Assembly (NCBI GenBank): GCA_024281015.1
Contig: JAMXLL010000174.1
Coordinates: 1,318 to 65,317 of the forward strand
DNA length: 64,000 nucleotides
Direction of reading: 5' to 3'
Origin: Candidatus Binataceae bacterium
Lineage (GTDB): Bacteria > Desulfobacterota > Binatia > Binatales > Binataceae
Within the stretch, counting starts at the first letter, position 1, and each line of letters starts with the position of its first letter. Shown here piece by piece: positions 1 to 9,638 of the stretch. The notes under the pieces were generated by a model. The model saw only the letters and a program-made list of their open reading frames with translations. It had not been told where the DNA came from and ran no database searches. The translations under genes and the position numbers were made by a program.

Positions 1-2
1 TG

Positions 3-191
3 ATGCGCAATGCCGGGCAGACCGTCACGCGTGCGATGATCACCGAGGTGGTCTGGGGACCAGCCTACAATGACGTCTCGAACTTGATAGAGGTATTTGT
101 CAACCGCTTGCGGCGCAAGATCGAGGCCGGTGGTGTTTCGCTTATCGCCACCGTGCGTGGGATCGGCTATTCGATGCGCAGTTCGCCATGA
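3..191 (+). CDS. OmpR/PhoB-family response regulator, C-terminal winged-helix fragment (5' end lies outside the window)
   Basis: The ORF is open to the window edge. The tail VVWGPAYNDVSNLIEVFVNRLRRKIE...TVRGIGYSM matches the Trans_reg_C DNA-binding domain. Its stop overlaps the next start (ATGA at 188-191). Confidence 0.8.
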   Translation: MRNAGQTVTRAMITEVVWGPAYNDVSNLIEVFVNRLRRKIEAGGVSLIATVRGIGYSMRSSP

Positions 192-1531
192 GTGTCCGGC
201 TCGAACTTACGATTTATTGGGCAGGCGTGCTGTCGCTGTTGCTTATTGGTGCCGGGCTAGGGGTATTTCTCCTGTTTCAGCGCCAGCAATGGGGCCGGCT
301 GGACAGCGCCCTGATCGAGGAAGCCGATACTACAGCGGCAACTATTGCTCAGGGCGCCGATGCCGCGCCGATAGTCAGACGCTTAAGCGAGGAACGCGAC
401 CTGGGACCAAGGCGCCGGGTATGGCTGACGATAGCAGCACACCCGGTAGCTGACGCGGGAGATCAAGATGCCGATATGCCGATCCATACTCCACCTGGGA
501 GTACGCCCGTTATCGTCAATGGCCGTGATGATGTTTTCCGCTATGCGATTATTTTTTTCTCTCTGAATGGCGCGCAAGCAGTTCTGGCGGACGGGGTTGA
601 TGCCAGCGGGGTACATGAATCGGTCAAACGTCTCCGAACGAGCCTGCTGCTGGTCCTCCCCGTGCTGCTGTTCGGCAGTATCTCGCTCGGCTATTGGCTA
701 GCCGGACGAGCGCTTGCACCGCTGGTCGCGGTCGCCGCCACTCTGGCCGAGATCAAGCCTCGGGACTTGAGCCGCAGGCTGCCCCTCGGGCCCGTCGAAG
801 ACGAAGTGGGCAAGTTGATCCGGGCGATCAATGCGCTGCTGGAACGGGTGGAGCGGGCCTCCTCGGCCGAGCGTCGCTTCGCCGCTGATGCAGCGCATGA
901 ACTGCGGACCCCGCTGGCTGTACTCCGTTCCGGAATCGAAGTGGCGCTGCGCCGCAAGCGAAGCGCTGGCGAGTACGAGCGCGCGCTCGATACGGCATTG
1001 CACGATGCTGCCGCGGTTTGCAGGATGGCCGACGATCTGCTGACGCTCGCACAGCTTGACCAGGAAGTGTTGCTCGGCAGCGAGAGTATCGATATGCAGG
1101 CGCTGACCGCGGAAGTACTCGATGCAATCGAGCCGCTCACAGCTTTGAAACGGCTGACGATAGAGGCAAACTTAGGGCCCGGCAACGTGCTCGGCAATCG
1201 CCACCATCTGCGCCGGCTTATCATCAATCTGCTCGACAACGCATCGAAGTTCACCCCTGAAGAAGGACGGATAACGCTCACGGTGGAGTCGCACAACGGC
1301 TCCGTGCGATGGACCATTGCGGATTCCGGCCCCGGAATAGACAGCAACGACCTGCCATATATATTTGAGCGATTCTTCCGGGGTCGCAACGGCCATAGTG
1401 AGAGAGGAAAGGGGCTCGGCCTCAGCCTATGCCGCGACATAGTCACGCTGCATAAGGGCGAATTGAGCGCCGCCAACCGGCCAGGCGGCGGCGCCGAGTT
1501 CGTTATCACGCTGCCGGCGGCACCGCCCTAA
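188..1531 (+). CDS. Sensor histidine kinase (two TM segments, HAMP-like linker, HisKA, HATPase_c)
   Basis: H-box AADAAHELRTPLAVL, N-box INLLDNASKFT, G1 DSGPGID, G2 GKGLGLSL. Translationally coupled to the upstream regulator. Confidence 0.9.
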   Translation: MSVRLELTIYWAGVLSLLLIGAGLGVFLLFQRQQWGRLDSALIEEADTTAATIAQGADAAPIVRRLSEERDLGPRRRVWLTIAAHPVADAGDQDADMPIHTPPGSTPVIVNGRDDVFRYAIIFFSLNGAQAVLADGVDASGVHESVKRLRTSLLLVLPVLLFGSISLGYWLAGRALAPLVAVAATLAEIKPRDLSRRLPLGPVEDEVGKLIRAINALLERVERASSAERRFAADAAHELRTPLAVLRSGIEVALRRKRSAGEYERALDTALHDAAAVCRMADDLLTLAQLDQEVLLGSESIDMQALTAEVLDAIEPLTALKRLTIEANLGPGNVLGNRHHLRRLIINLLDNASKFTPEEGRITLTVESHNGSVRWTIADSGPGIDSNDLPYIFERFFRGRNGHSERGKGLGLSLCRDIVTLHKGELSAANRPGGGAEFVITLPAAPP

Positions 1532-1564
1532 CAGGGCGTCAACGAAGCATAACCGTCGAGGCGG

Positions 1565-2386
1565 TTAGTTACTCTTGCGATTGGCGGGGTCTTGCCTGAA
1601 GCGGGTTCCTGGCGGCGGAGGGTCTTCGGGTTGTCCAGCGAAGCACTGCGCGATCGACATCCACGCGGTCGCGTCCGGACCAACAACCTTCAAAGCAGTA
1701 TCAGCAACGTTCCGTACCTGGGTCACCACCTGACAGAACTCGATCGCGCTTCCTTCCACACAATTCGTTCGATCAACGTGGCCCCATTCCCACAATGCGC
1801 CCGATGGAGCGGTCAACCGTACGTACGGCCTATCTGAGGGGATTTGCATCCGGCGGTTCGCGAAGGTCCACGAAAAGGTATTTATACCCAGTACCGCAAT
1901 GTTCTTAATTCGATCGGTCTCGCTCCGGGTTTTGCCCAGGAGGTCGTAAACCGCATGACCATGAGCCCAGGTCTCCATCAGGCGAGCAGTGATGCTGGAG
2001 CGAACGCTCATAGTGGGGCCGGCCCAGGGAACTCGCCTTTTTGGGTCGGCGATGGCGAAACGGCCCGTCATCTCGCGATAATAATCGCGCCACCTGACAA
2101 TCAAGTCGCGATTCCTGGTTCCCCCAAGCCACGCATGCGTAAATGCGAGGTGCGGAATTCCTCGATTGCGAGCCGCGGCTAACTGCCGCATTAAGTCCCC
2201 GAAAGCATCGCTGTCGCGTAAGGCTAAATCCGCAGCATAGTTGAAGATATGCAGGTGGGCGATCACATCGTTGGCCGTCCAGGACTTGAACTGGGTTTGT
2301 CGTTCCCAGTCGCTTTCCTCCAGCCCTTCGACCAAGGCCAACAATTCATCGCTTTCCGCCTGAAAATCCAACGCCTGCTGCAACAT
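1565..2386 (-). CDS. DinB/MDMPI-like metal-binding protein (TIGR03084-like family)
   Basis: N-terminal pattern LLALVEGLEESDW...W.ANDVIAHLHIFNYAADLAL resembles the maleylpyruvate-isomerase N-terminal (DinB) fold. 273 aa. Confidence 0.55.
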   Translation of the reverse strand: MLQQALDFQAESDELLALVEGLEESDWERQTQFKSWTANDVIAHLHIFNYAADLALRDSDAFGDLMRQLAAARNRGIPHLAFTHAWLGGTRNRDLIVRWRDYYREMTGRFAIADPKRRVPWAGPTMSVRSSITARLMETWAHGHAVYDLLGKTRSETDRIKNIAVLGINTFSWTFANRRMQIPSDRPYVRLTAPSGALWEWGHVDRTNCVEGSAIEFCQVVTQVRNVADTALKVVGPDATAWMSIAQCFAGQPEDPPPPGTRFRQDPANRKSN

Positions 2387-2489
2387 CTGTTGGCCTTTCG
2401 TTCACGTAAAGGTGCGATTCAGTTTAGCAACTATAACTCAGTATTGATGCTCCCGTGCTACTTGCGACAAGCGAACAAAAGAGCCAACA

Positions 2490-2810
2490 ATGAACCTACG
2501 TGATGCAGAAGCGGCTCGGCAAGCGACTCGCAGGGGGGTATCACCGATGGTTTATTTGGACGATGCCGACCGGATGCTGGAGTGCAATAGTGTCGAAGTG
2601 TCGGATTGGGTACCGGACGTTGTCCGGCAAATCCAGGTGATCGACTACGAGTTGCACGCATCTCTCAGAATCATTGCTAACGGTGAAATAGATTCAATCC
2701 AATCTGCGGAATTTGCGGCAGCTATTAAGGGAGCGCGGGCGAAGCGTGATCAGTTGATGACGCGCGTCTTCTCGTACTTGGCCGAGATGCGCAAGCAAAG
2801 CGTTGGATAA
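2490..2810 (+). CDS. Hypothetical protein (106 aa), no recognisable motif
   Basis: ATG-initiated ORF in the lower-GC patch. There is no competing ORF, but also no homology that I can recognise. Confidence 0.35.
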   Translation: MNLRDAEAARQATRRGVSPMVYLDDADRMLECNSVEVSDWVPDVVRQIQVIDYELHASLRIIANGEIDSIQSAEFAAAIKGARAKRDQLMTRVFSYLAEMRKQSVG

Positions 2811-3389
2811 CCCAAAATGCGTTGCGCGGAGGAGAAGTTACTCCAGCGGCGCGGATGACGTCGGCACGAACCCTAGTCTACTAACACCCGGTAATAGATT
2901 GTTTGTTGACTGCCGTCTAGATAATCGCTTCTAACCCACCAGCCGCGATCGCCTCGCAGCCTAATCGTCGTGAACTCCTGGTAAATGGGCCAGCCAAAAA
3001 CCAACTACTGCTGACAGATTGTTGGCGCATTCCCGTTAAGGCTCCGCATTGACTCGTGCCCCGAGTACGCAGTCAGGGTGTAGTGAGCCGATGTACGTAA
3101 AAGCTCGCGCCGCCAAGTAGATGCTGTTGCGGAATGCGGCATCATGCTCGAAACAACAACCAGAACAGGCCAAAACTCTTGCTAGCACTCGTTGTTTCCT
3201 GTGATACATTTTTCCTTGTGGGTTGGGTCAAGTCCTTGGCTTCGGCTCATCAACAAAGAGCAGGCGGCAGGCCGTCTTAACCACTGCTCCGCTGCACTGA
3301 CTGGATCAAAGCCTTGAAGGGAGTGTTCGCGAGCAGCCGAACAGGATGCTCTTTCCGAATTTAACTTGTTTTCGCACTTGGTTTTGCGT

Positions 3390-3734
3390 ATGGGAACGCT
3401 TTTAATCGTTGACAACGATGTCACCACTCGGGAGGCTTTGGCGGAGCTTTTAGCGAAAGACGGGCGTGAGATCGTAACGGCGACCGATGGGCGACAAGCG
3501 CTCGATTGTCTCAATACCATTCCACGCCCATCGCTGATTTTGCTCGATCTTTCGATGCCAGGAATGAATGGCTGGGAGTTTCTGCGTCACCTATCCGTCA
3601 ATCCAGTAATCGCAGGCATTCCTACGATGGTTTTGTCGGGCGCCGTCTCTGAGGTGCCTCCGGGCGCAAGACAGGTACTGACCAAACCTGTGAACGTGGC
3701 CAGGTTAATGGCTTTGGTTGACCAATATTGCTAA
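3390..3734 (+). CDS. Stand-alone CheY-like receiver domain protein
   Basis: LLIVDNDV acidic pocket, phospho-acceptor context LILLDLSMPGMNG, VLSG, and conserved Lys in LTKP. I prefer the ATG at 3390 over the TTG at 3366. No output domain and no adjacent kinase. Confidence 0.8.
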   Translation: MGTLLIVDNDVTTREALAELLAKDGREIVTATDGRQALDCLNTIPRPSLILLDLSMPGMNGWEFLRHLSVNPVIAGIPTMVLSGAVSEVPPGARQVLTKPVNVARLMALVDQYC

Positions 3735-4292
3735 CGAGAGGTCTAGCGAATCTTAGACCGTAGTTGGCCATGCGGATATGCGGATGCGGGCGATATCACA
3801 GAAAAACAATCGCGAAATCCGCATTAGCAGACTGTCTCCGACCTCGTTGACAATTCGTCTACCGCCGAAGGGCTCCCTTGATCTGGCGGTTGCGCAGGCG
3901 TTGCCATAACGTGCGTTCGACTTCGCTCTGTGCGATGCGCAGGACGCGCCGGCGCGGTCACGCGCGAGCGCAGGAGCGGTCGCACCAGAATCTGAATCTC
4001 TCATGAAGGTCCCTCACCCGGCGCTGCGCGTCGACCTCTCCCATCGGGAGACGCATTTTCCCTCGTCCGACTCGATGTGCGCGATGATTCTCTCAAGGGG
4101 GGGTGACACTGTCATCCGTTCCTGAGCGTTTCCCGCTTACGTACGCTCAGTTGCTGTGATGCTTAGCCACACCGACGTGCCACTGCGCCTCGGGAGAGCG
4201 CGCGTCTCGAGACCACTCGATTGGCGACCGTGCAGGCATGAGCAATAGCCGAGGCTTTGCCCAGCGGGGCGGCTGGTATCATCGAAGGGGCG

Positions 4293-4577
4293 ATGCAGTT
4301 ACTGCAGCAGAAACTATGCGCGGGTCTGGGCGACATTAATCAGCTGCAACAGGCCGATATGCCGCGTCTCGCACATGCAATCTCGCGGCTCACGCCGGGC
4401 GGTCTCTCGCGAGAGCCCACCAGCCCTATCGCGGTGCCGGTCGCCGGTTTGCCGTTTAAGCTGCGGGCCGCGCTGCTCGGGAGCGAGCCGTCTAACCGGG
4501 AACAGCTCCGGGCGCAAACAACTGGACCGGGCCAGAACGAGCCGAACCCTGCTCCACAGACAGCAAAAGGCGGGTAA
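4293..4577 (+). CDS. Hypothetical protein (94 aa), Pro/Gln-rich C-terminus
   Basis: ATG at 4293 preceded by GAAGGGG. Third codon positions look GC-rich like real genes. No recognisable domain. Confidence 0.25.
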   Translation: MQLLQQKLCAGLGDINQLQQADMPRLAHAISRLTPGGLSREPTSPIAVPVAGLPFKLRAALLGSEPSNREQLRAQTTGPGQNEPNPAPQTAKGG

Positions 4578-5137
4578 TTTGGGACCGTCTGGGGGGCAGC
4601 TCGGGCTGGCTCGGGTTAGCCCGGGAAAAAAAGCGACGGCACCCCCGTTCAGTTTGTGAACGCGCAGCAGCGCGATGGTCTGTCGCGCTGAACGGATTCG
4701 AAGTTTGTGCTTTGCTCCCTGCTTGACCGGCGCTTCACTTGCCGAGGAGGTGAATTAGATGCATTCCATGATGCCCGAGCACTACGGCCGTGGTCCGTCA
4801 ATGCCTCTGCCGACGATCGGATGCTGACGACGGAATTTCGCGGGTTCGATTTATCGATTACATACGGCCCTGATAGAAAGCGGTAGCCGGCTTCAGCAGC
4901 ATGTCAAATTGGGTTTAAGGCCCCGGATTAAAGGGAAGCGATGGAGGGAGTCGCAATGCTACTCGCGTTCGGCTCTGCCCATTTCGGATTCCAGGATGGA
5001 TTTGACTGGTTCCGGCAAAATGTGATTACGCTGCAGTTACTTCTGAACTAGTAGTAGGGCCGGCCCGACAACCTGCAATATCGGCTTCTGGGGCGCCCCT
5101 TTGCCCGACGCGAGTTCAACCTCGGACTACAATCGCA

Positions 5138-5485
5138 ATGAGCGACCGACTGCTAATCGATGCCATTTGCGACCTGACCCTACCGCCGGCCCGCGCGACT
5201 GATGATGAGATTCGGGGGCTGCTGGCCGACTCGGAACTTGGCGACTGGTATGAGTATGCCGACTCCATCTGGTCGGCAAATTCTATAGCCGAATCGTTGC
5301 TCGTGACCCGCAGAAAGCTCAAACACAGCGAACGGTCAACAAGCGCGGAGGCGCGATTCTTGGCGTCACAGCCAAAAGATACCCGCGATTTGCGCACCAG
5401 GTTCGAAGATTTACTCGACCAGCATTTTGCCTATTGGGCCGTTACTGCATTCCTGGCGGGAATGGCCGCTGGCGTCCTTGGATGA
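5138..5485 (+). CDS. Hypothetical protein (115 aa) with a C-terminal hydrophobic segment
   Basis: ATG ORF; C-terminal YWAVTAFLAGMAAGVLG looks like a TM anchor. No recognisable domain. Confidence 0.4.
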   Translation: MSDRLLIDAICDLTLPPARATDDEIRGLLADSELGDWYEYADSIWSANSIAESLLVTRRKLKHSERSTSAEARFLASQPKDTRDLRTRFEDLLDQHFAYWAVTAFLAGMAAGVLG

Positions 5486-5654
5486 GATCAGATCAGGGGC
5501 GACGCACTGCGAGGACTTATGGACGGCTTTTTGCCACCTTAAAGTTCCCGCTGCACTCGTGCATCGGGCCGTCGGCCCATATGAGTAGAACTTGCCGAGC
5601 CTAGATCAACTGAGCCTCGGTAAGCCTGTGACGGCGATCGCACGCCGGCTGCAT

Positions 5655-6116
5655 TCAAGTTCTCTTCTGTTCCTCGAGCGCTTGGATGAAATCAGCCATA
5701 CTCAGGGTCCCGATGACCTTCAGATCGTCGTTCAGCACTTCGAACAGCACGTCGCTCTTTCCGCCCCTTACACTATAGAACACGACAGCTCCTTCACTTC
5801 CACCGCCCTCACGATGCGGTTCGCCGGGAGCCGTGGAGGTATAACTGCCGGTGGGGCGGACCTCCTTAAGATGGCCGTTGGGCTCGTAAAAGCGATGCTC
5901 CCCTTGCACCACCAAGGTATTCGTGAGCGCAAGATGTCGGTGCAGAAAGATCTGCTGGTTGGGCTCAAACTTCAGAATAAAATCGACAAGGCGACGCTCC
6001 CGATCGACATCGTACATGGCAAATACAAAGTGTTTGAAATCCCCGAGGTTGAACCATCGCATTTTGCGATCATCAAAATTGTAGTGAGCCATCGCATAAT
6101 CAACCGAGCTCGCCAC
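5655..6116 (-). CDS. Cupin-domain protein
   Basis: Cupin motifs HRHLALTNTLVVQGEH and PTGSYTSTAPGEPHREG. The overlapping + strand ORF 5592-6161 has no motifs. Confidence 0.6.
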   Translation of the reverse strand: MASSVDYAMAHYNFDDRKMRWFNLGDFKHFVFAMYDVDRERRLVDFILKFEPNQQIFLHRHLALTNTLVVQGEHRFYEPNGHLKEVRPTGSYTSTAPGEPHREGGGSEGAVVFYSVRGGKSDVLFEVLNDDLKVIGTLSMADFIQALEEQKRT

Positions 6117-6410
6117 GATATATTTGTCCTTTCTTCCCTGAATGACTCTGTGTTTAGCTAATTTCGTGGTGCTGTCGCAACCTCCCGGCGTGTATCTGTC
6201 GTAAACATTGGAGATGTCCGGGTTCGTACCGGCTGTGCCGTTAATCGACCACAGAGGCTGTAAGTACTCAGGAGACCCGGCCTGGCCAAAAAGGTGCGTT
6301 TGACACTGCCGCTGGATGCTGGGACATAATCTGTCCGGTCAGACGGGGGCGCGATGCGAGGCTAGGCGCGCTCATGTACCCCACAATAGGACGTGACTCA
6401 GGAGAATCAG

Positions 6411-7196
6411 GTGACCAACTGGAGCGAAGAAACCGTCAGAGTGGCAGAGACCGACCTGGCTCTGATCAAGGGCGGCAGCGGCAAGCCTTTGCTTATCCTT
6501 CATGACGAACTGGGTTATCCCGGGTGGATGGCGTGGAATGCAGCATTGGCCGAAACCCGGACATTGTTGATTCCGCTGCAGCCAGGCTTCGGCAAGACGC
6601 CACGCCTGGATTGGGTGCGCAATTATCGCGACCTCGCCGGCTTTTACTCACAGGTGATCCGCGAGATGCGCCTCGAGCCGATCGATGTGATCGGCTTTTC
6701 GGCAGGCGCCTTCATTGCTGCCGAAATGGCGGCCGCCGACTCCAGGATTTTCTCACATATGGTGTTGGTAGCGCCGATGGGGATAAAACCGAGCGAGGGC
6801 GAGATACTGGATTTTTTTGCCCTGACGATTCGCCATCATCTCCGGGCAACTGTTGCCCACCCCGAAAAGACGCCTGAGTTTGCCGAGATTTATGGCGGGG
6901 AAATGACCCCCGCACAGTTCGAGGCGTTTGAAGATGCACGAGCTGAAACTGCGCGTATCGGATGGGAGCCGTTCATGCACAACCCGAGCCTGCCCTACTT
7001 GCTGCGCGGGTTGCCCATCCCGACCCTGCTGGTATGGGGAGCCTGCGATTCCGTGGTACCGCGCGGTTGCATCGACGAATATCGCAAGGCGATTCCCGGC
7101 GCCCAGCTGGCGGAAATGGCCGGGGTTGGACATCGCCCGGAAATCGAGGATCCGCTATCGTTCGAGCGCGCAGTCGAGAAATTTTTAATGGCCTGA
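6411..7196 (+). CDS. Alpha/beta-fold hydrolase (meta-cleavage-product-hydrolase-like)
   Basis: LLILHD oxyanion region, nucleophile elbow GFSAGA, and C-terminal GHRPEIE. GTG at 6411 sits 6 nt after AGGAG, so I prefer it to GTG 6393. Confidence 0.8.
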   Translation: MTNWSEETVRVAETDLALIKGGSGKPLLILHDELGYPGWMAWNAALAETRTLLIPLQPGFGKTPRLDWVRNYRDLAGFYSQVIREMRLEPIDVIGFSAGAFIAAEMAAADSRIFSHMVLVAPMGIKPSEGEILDFFALTIRHHLRATVAHPEKTPEFAEIYGGEMTPAQFEAFEDARAETARIGWEPFMHNPSLPYLLRGLPIPTLLVWGACDSVVPRGCIDEYRKAIPGAQLAEMAGVGHRPEIEDPLSFERAVEKFLMA

Positions 7197-7220
7197 ACCC
7201 GTTCGAGGAAAGGACCAGAA

Positions 7221-8549
7221 ATGAAGATTGGATACTTTACTGAACGTCCTTATCGATGGTTGCCGGAAGAAGAGGTGCTGAAGAATCACTCTTTTTTCGC
7301 AGTCTCCAACCGCTTTTTCGACGCGGAGAAGGCAGCCGACGACTACAACTACTACATCGACGAGAACTGTTATGCCGAGGACCTCGGCTTTGACCTGGTT
7401 GCCCTCAACGAGCATCACGGCAACCCATTCTGCATGGGCAGCGTGATGAACGTCGAAGCGGCGGTGCTCGCCAGCCGCACCCGGCGCGTGAAGATCGTAT
7501 TAATTGGCAACCCTCTTCCGGTAATCAAGCATCCCTTGCGCATGGCCGAGGAGTTGGCCGAGATAGATTTGATCTCGCGGGGCCGGCTGGTGACTGGATG
7601 GGTACGCGGCGCGGGCAGCGAGCAGTTCTTCAATAATGCCAATCCCGCCTACAACCGCGAAATGTTTAATGAGGCTCATGATTTTATCGTCCAAGCCTGG
7701 ACACGCCCTGGACCGTGGCGTTACGAGGGCAAACATTTCCATTACCGTCATGTAAATCCGTGGGCGCTGCCTTATCAGAAGCCGCATCCGCCGATGTGGA
7801 TTCCCGGCGTGATTAGCGCGGAAACAGTCAAATGGTGCGCCGAGCATCGGTATCCGTATATCGGACTTGGGACCCTGCTAGGGCCGACTTGCGACCTCTG
7901 GGACTACTATGCGGATGAGGCGGCGCGGCACGGCTATCAGGCTGGTCCGGAGAACTTCGGCTACCTGATTCCGACCGTGGTCGCCGAGTCGCAGGAGAAA
8001 GCGGACGCGATTGCCAATAATTTCGTCTTCGGCGGTGGCCAGAACGCATTCTCGCGCCCCGAATTCACGATGCCTCCAGGGTACAACTCAAAAAGCGCCA
8101 TCAGGATGCTCGCCAAACAGCCCACTGGCAGTTGGTTGGGCGTGAGTGGTGAAAAGCTCGCCCAGCATATGGAGAGCGGCGAGCCAGAGCAGGTCGACTA
8201 CAACGAAGTACGTCAAAAGTTGATCGCAGGATTGGACAAGGTAAAGCGCAACTACCAGGTCATCGCCGGCACCCCAGAGGTTGTGCTCGCCAAAGTCAAG
8301 ACTATCCTCCGCATATTGCGGCCCGGGGTATTTATCATGTTTAGCGTGCAGGGCCCGGTGGGCAACGAAGAGCGGCGCAACAGTATGCGCTTGTTCGCCG
8401 AAGGTGTAATACCAGGATTGCGCGAATATGCCCGCGAGCTAGAACTGCCGGATCCGTTCGAGCGTACGCCTGGTTCAGTGAACCTTCCAAACGGTACGCG
8501 CGAGCGGGTCGTCGATCGCGCACCTCTGCAGGAACTCGGTTTGCGCTAA
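7221..8549 (+). CDS. LLM-class (luciferase-like) flavin/F420-dependent oxidoreductase
   Basis: Typical LLM N-terminus MKIGYF...ERPY, then EDLGFDLVALNEHH and RLVTGWVRG. 442 aa. Confidence 0.8.
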   Translation: MKIGYFTERPYRWLPEEEVLKNHSFFAVSNRFFDAEKAADDYNYYIDENCYAEDLGFDLVALNEHHGNPFCMGSVMNVEAAVLASRTRRVKIVLIGNPLPVIKHPLRMAEELAEIDLISRGRLVTGWVRGAGSEQFFNNANPAYNREMFNEAHDFIVQAWTRPGPWRYEGKHFHYRHVNPWALPYQKPHPPMWIPGVISAETVKWCAEHRYPYIGLGTLLGPTCDLWDYYADEAARHGYQAGPENFGYLIPTVVAESQEKADAIANNFVFGGGQNAFSRPEFTMPPGYNSKSAIRMLAKQPTGSWLGVSGEKLAQHMESGEPEQVDYNEVRQKLIAGLDKVKRNYQVIAGTPEVVLAKVKTILRILRPGVFIMFSVQGPVGNEERRNSMRLFAEGVIPGLREYARELELPDPFERTPGSVNLPNGTRERVVDRAPLQELGLR

Positions 8550-8660
8550 CTGTACTGAGAATGCGTGCTGGGTTCGCGCCAGCTGATTCGGCTGGCGTCA
8601 GAAACAAGCTGCTATCAGGCGAGATTAAATTAAAAACCCAACAAGGAGAGAGACCGCGCG

Positions 8661-9515
8661 ATGCGTACCTGGCAAATTGGTAACGTTAAAATCACCCGGC
8701 TGCAGGAACAGGAGCCAGTCTGGAACGGCACGATGATATTGCCCGACGCCACACCTGAAAATGTCCAGCAGGAAGGTGATTGGCTGGAGCCATTTACCGA
8801 TAAGAGCGGCAGGTTCAAGCTCAGCATCCATTCGTTGCTGGTCGAATCAGAGGGACATCGCATAGTCGTCGATACCTGCGTCGGCAATGACAAGAACCGC
8901 CCCGGTTTTAAAGACTGGAGCAACCTGCACTTGCCGTTTCTGCAGGAATTCGAGAAGGCCGGCTTCCGCCGTGACTCCATCGATACAGTGATTTGTACTC
9001 ATCTTCATCTCGACCATGTTGGCTGGAATACCACCCTGGAGAACGGGCAGTGGGTGCCAACATTCCCGAAGGCGCGATACCTGATGGGGCAGCGGGAATG
9101 GGATTACTGGTCAAAGTATGATGAGAGTCCCGATTTCAAGTTACCAATTGATGATTCCGTGCGCCCCGTGATCGATGCCCGGTTGGCCGAACTGGTGGAG
9201 CCGGACCTGCGCATCACCGGCGAGGTATGGTTGGAGCCTACCCCCGGGCACACGCCGGGGCACATCAGCATCCGAATCTCCTCCGGCGGCGAAAACGCCG
9301 TTATCACTGGCGACATGATGCATCACCCGATTCAGGTGGCGCATCCTGACTGGGTAGTCGGGTTTGATACCGATCCGAAGCTGGCGGTCGAAACGCGACG
9401 CGAGTTCGTGCAAAAGTACTGCGATCAGCCGATCCAGGTGTTGGGCACCCATTTCGCCGGTCCCACCTCCGGCCATATCGTGCGTCGCAACGGCGGGTTC
9501 CGCTTCGAGCCATAG
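8661..9515 (+). CDS. MBL-fold metallo-hydrolase (lactonase-like)
   Basis: HxHxDH motif HLHLDHVGW, later TPGHTPGH and a distal His. Strong RBS AAGGAGAG upstream. Confidence 0.85.
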   Translation: MRTWQIGNVKITRLQEQEPVWNGTMILPDATPENVQQEGDWLEPFTDKSGRFKLSIHSLLVESEGHRIVVDTCVGNDKNRPGFKDWSNLHLPFLQEFEKAGFRRDSIDTVICTHLHLDHVGWNTTLENGQWVPTFPKARYLMGQREWDYWSKYDESPDFKLPIDDSVRPVIDARLAELVEPDLRITGEVWLEPTPGHTPGHISIRISSGGENAVITGDMMHHPIQVAHPDWVVGFDTDPKLAVETRREFVQKYCDQPIQVLGTHFAGPTSGHIVRRNGGFRFEP

Positions 9516-9638
9516 CGCTTCAGCGCCAGTTGATGGGTAATGGGCTTGGGGGACTTGCCACATTAGCCAATAATCGGCAGCTTGATTTCTAGGGCTGTAG
9601 AAAAGAAACGAGCCCTTTTGTCCTAAGGAGTCGCACTG

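Noticed and set aside
691-1509. 272-aa ORF on the minus strand inside the histidine-kinase gene. Similar long antisense ORFs occur at 9141-9710, 9726-10304, 10367-10900, 12083-13129, 25548-26120, 39874-40359, 41743-42444 and 44429-44944.
   Set aside because: All lie antisense to genes with unambiguous motifs. Their translations are Arg/Ser/Pro/Ala-rich with no motifs, as expected for shadow ORFs in GC-rich DNA.
6300-6330. TTGACA...CATAAT promoter-like pair upstream of the hydrolase/LLM/MBL cluster
   Set aside because: The spacer is 19 nt, outside the usual 16-18 nt window. The hexamers are good but the geometry is not, so it is not reported as a feature.
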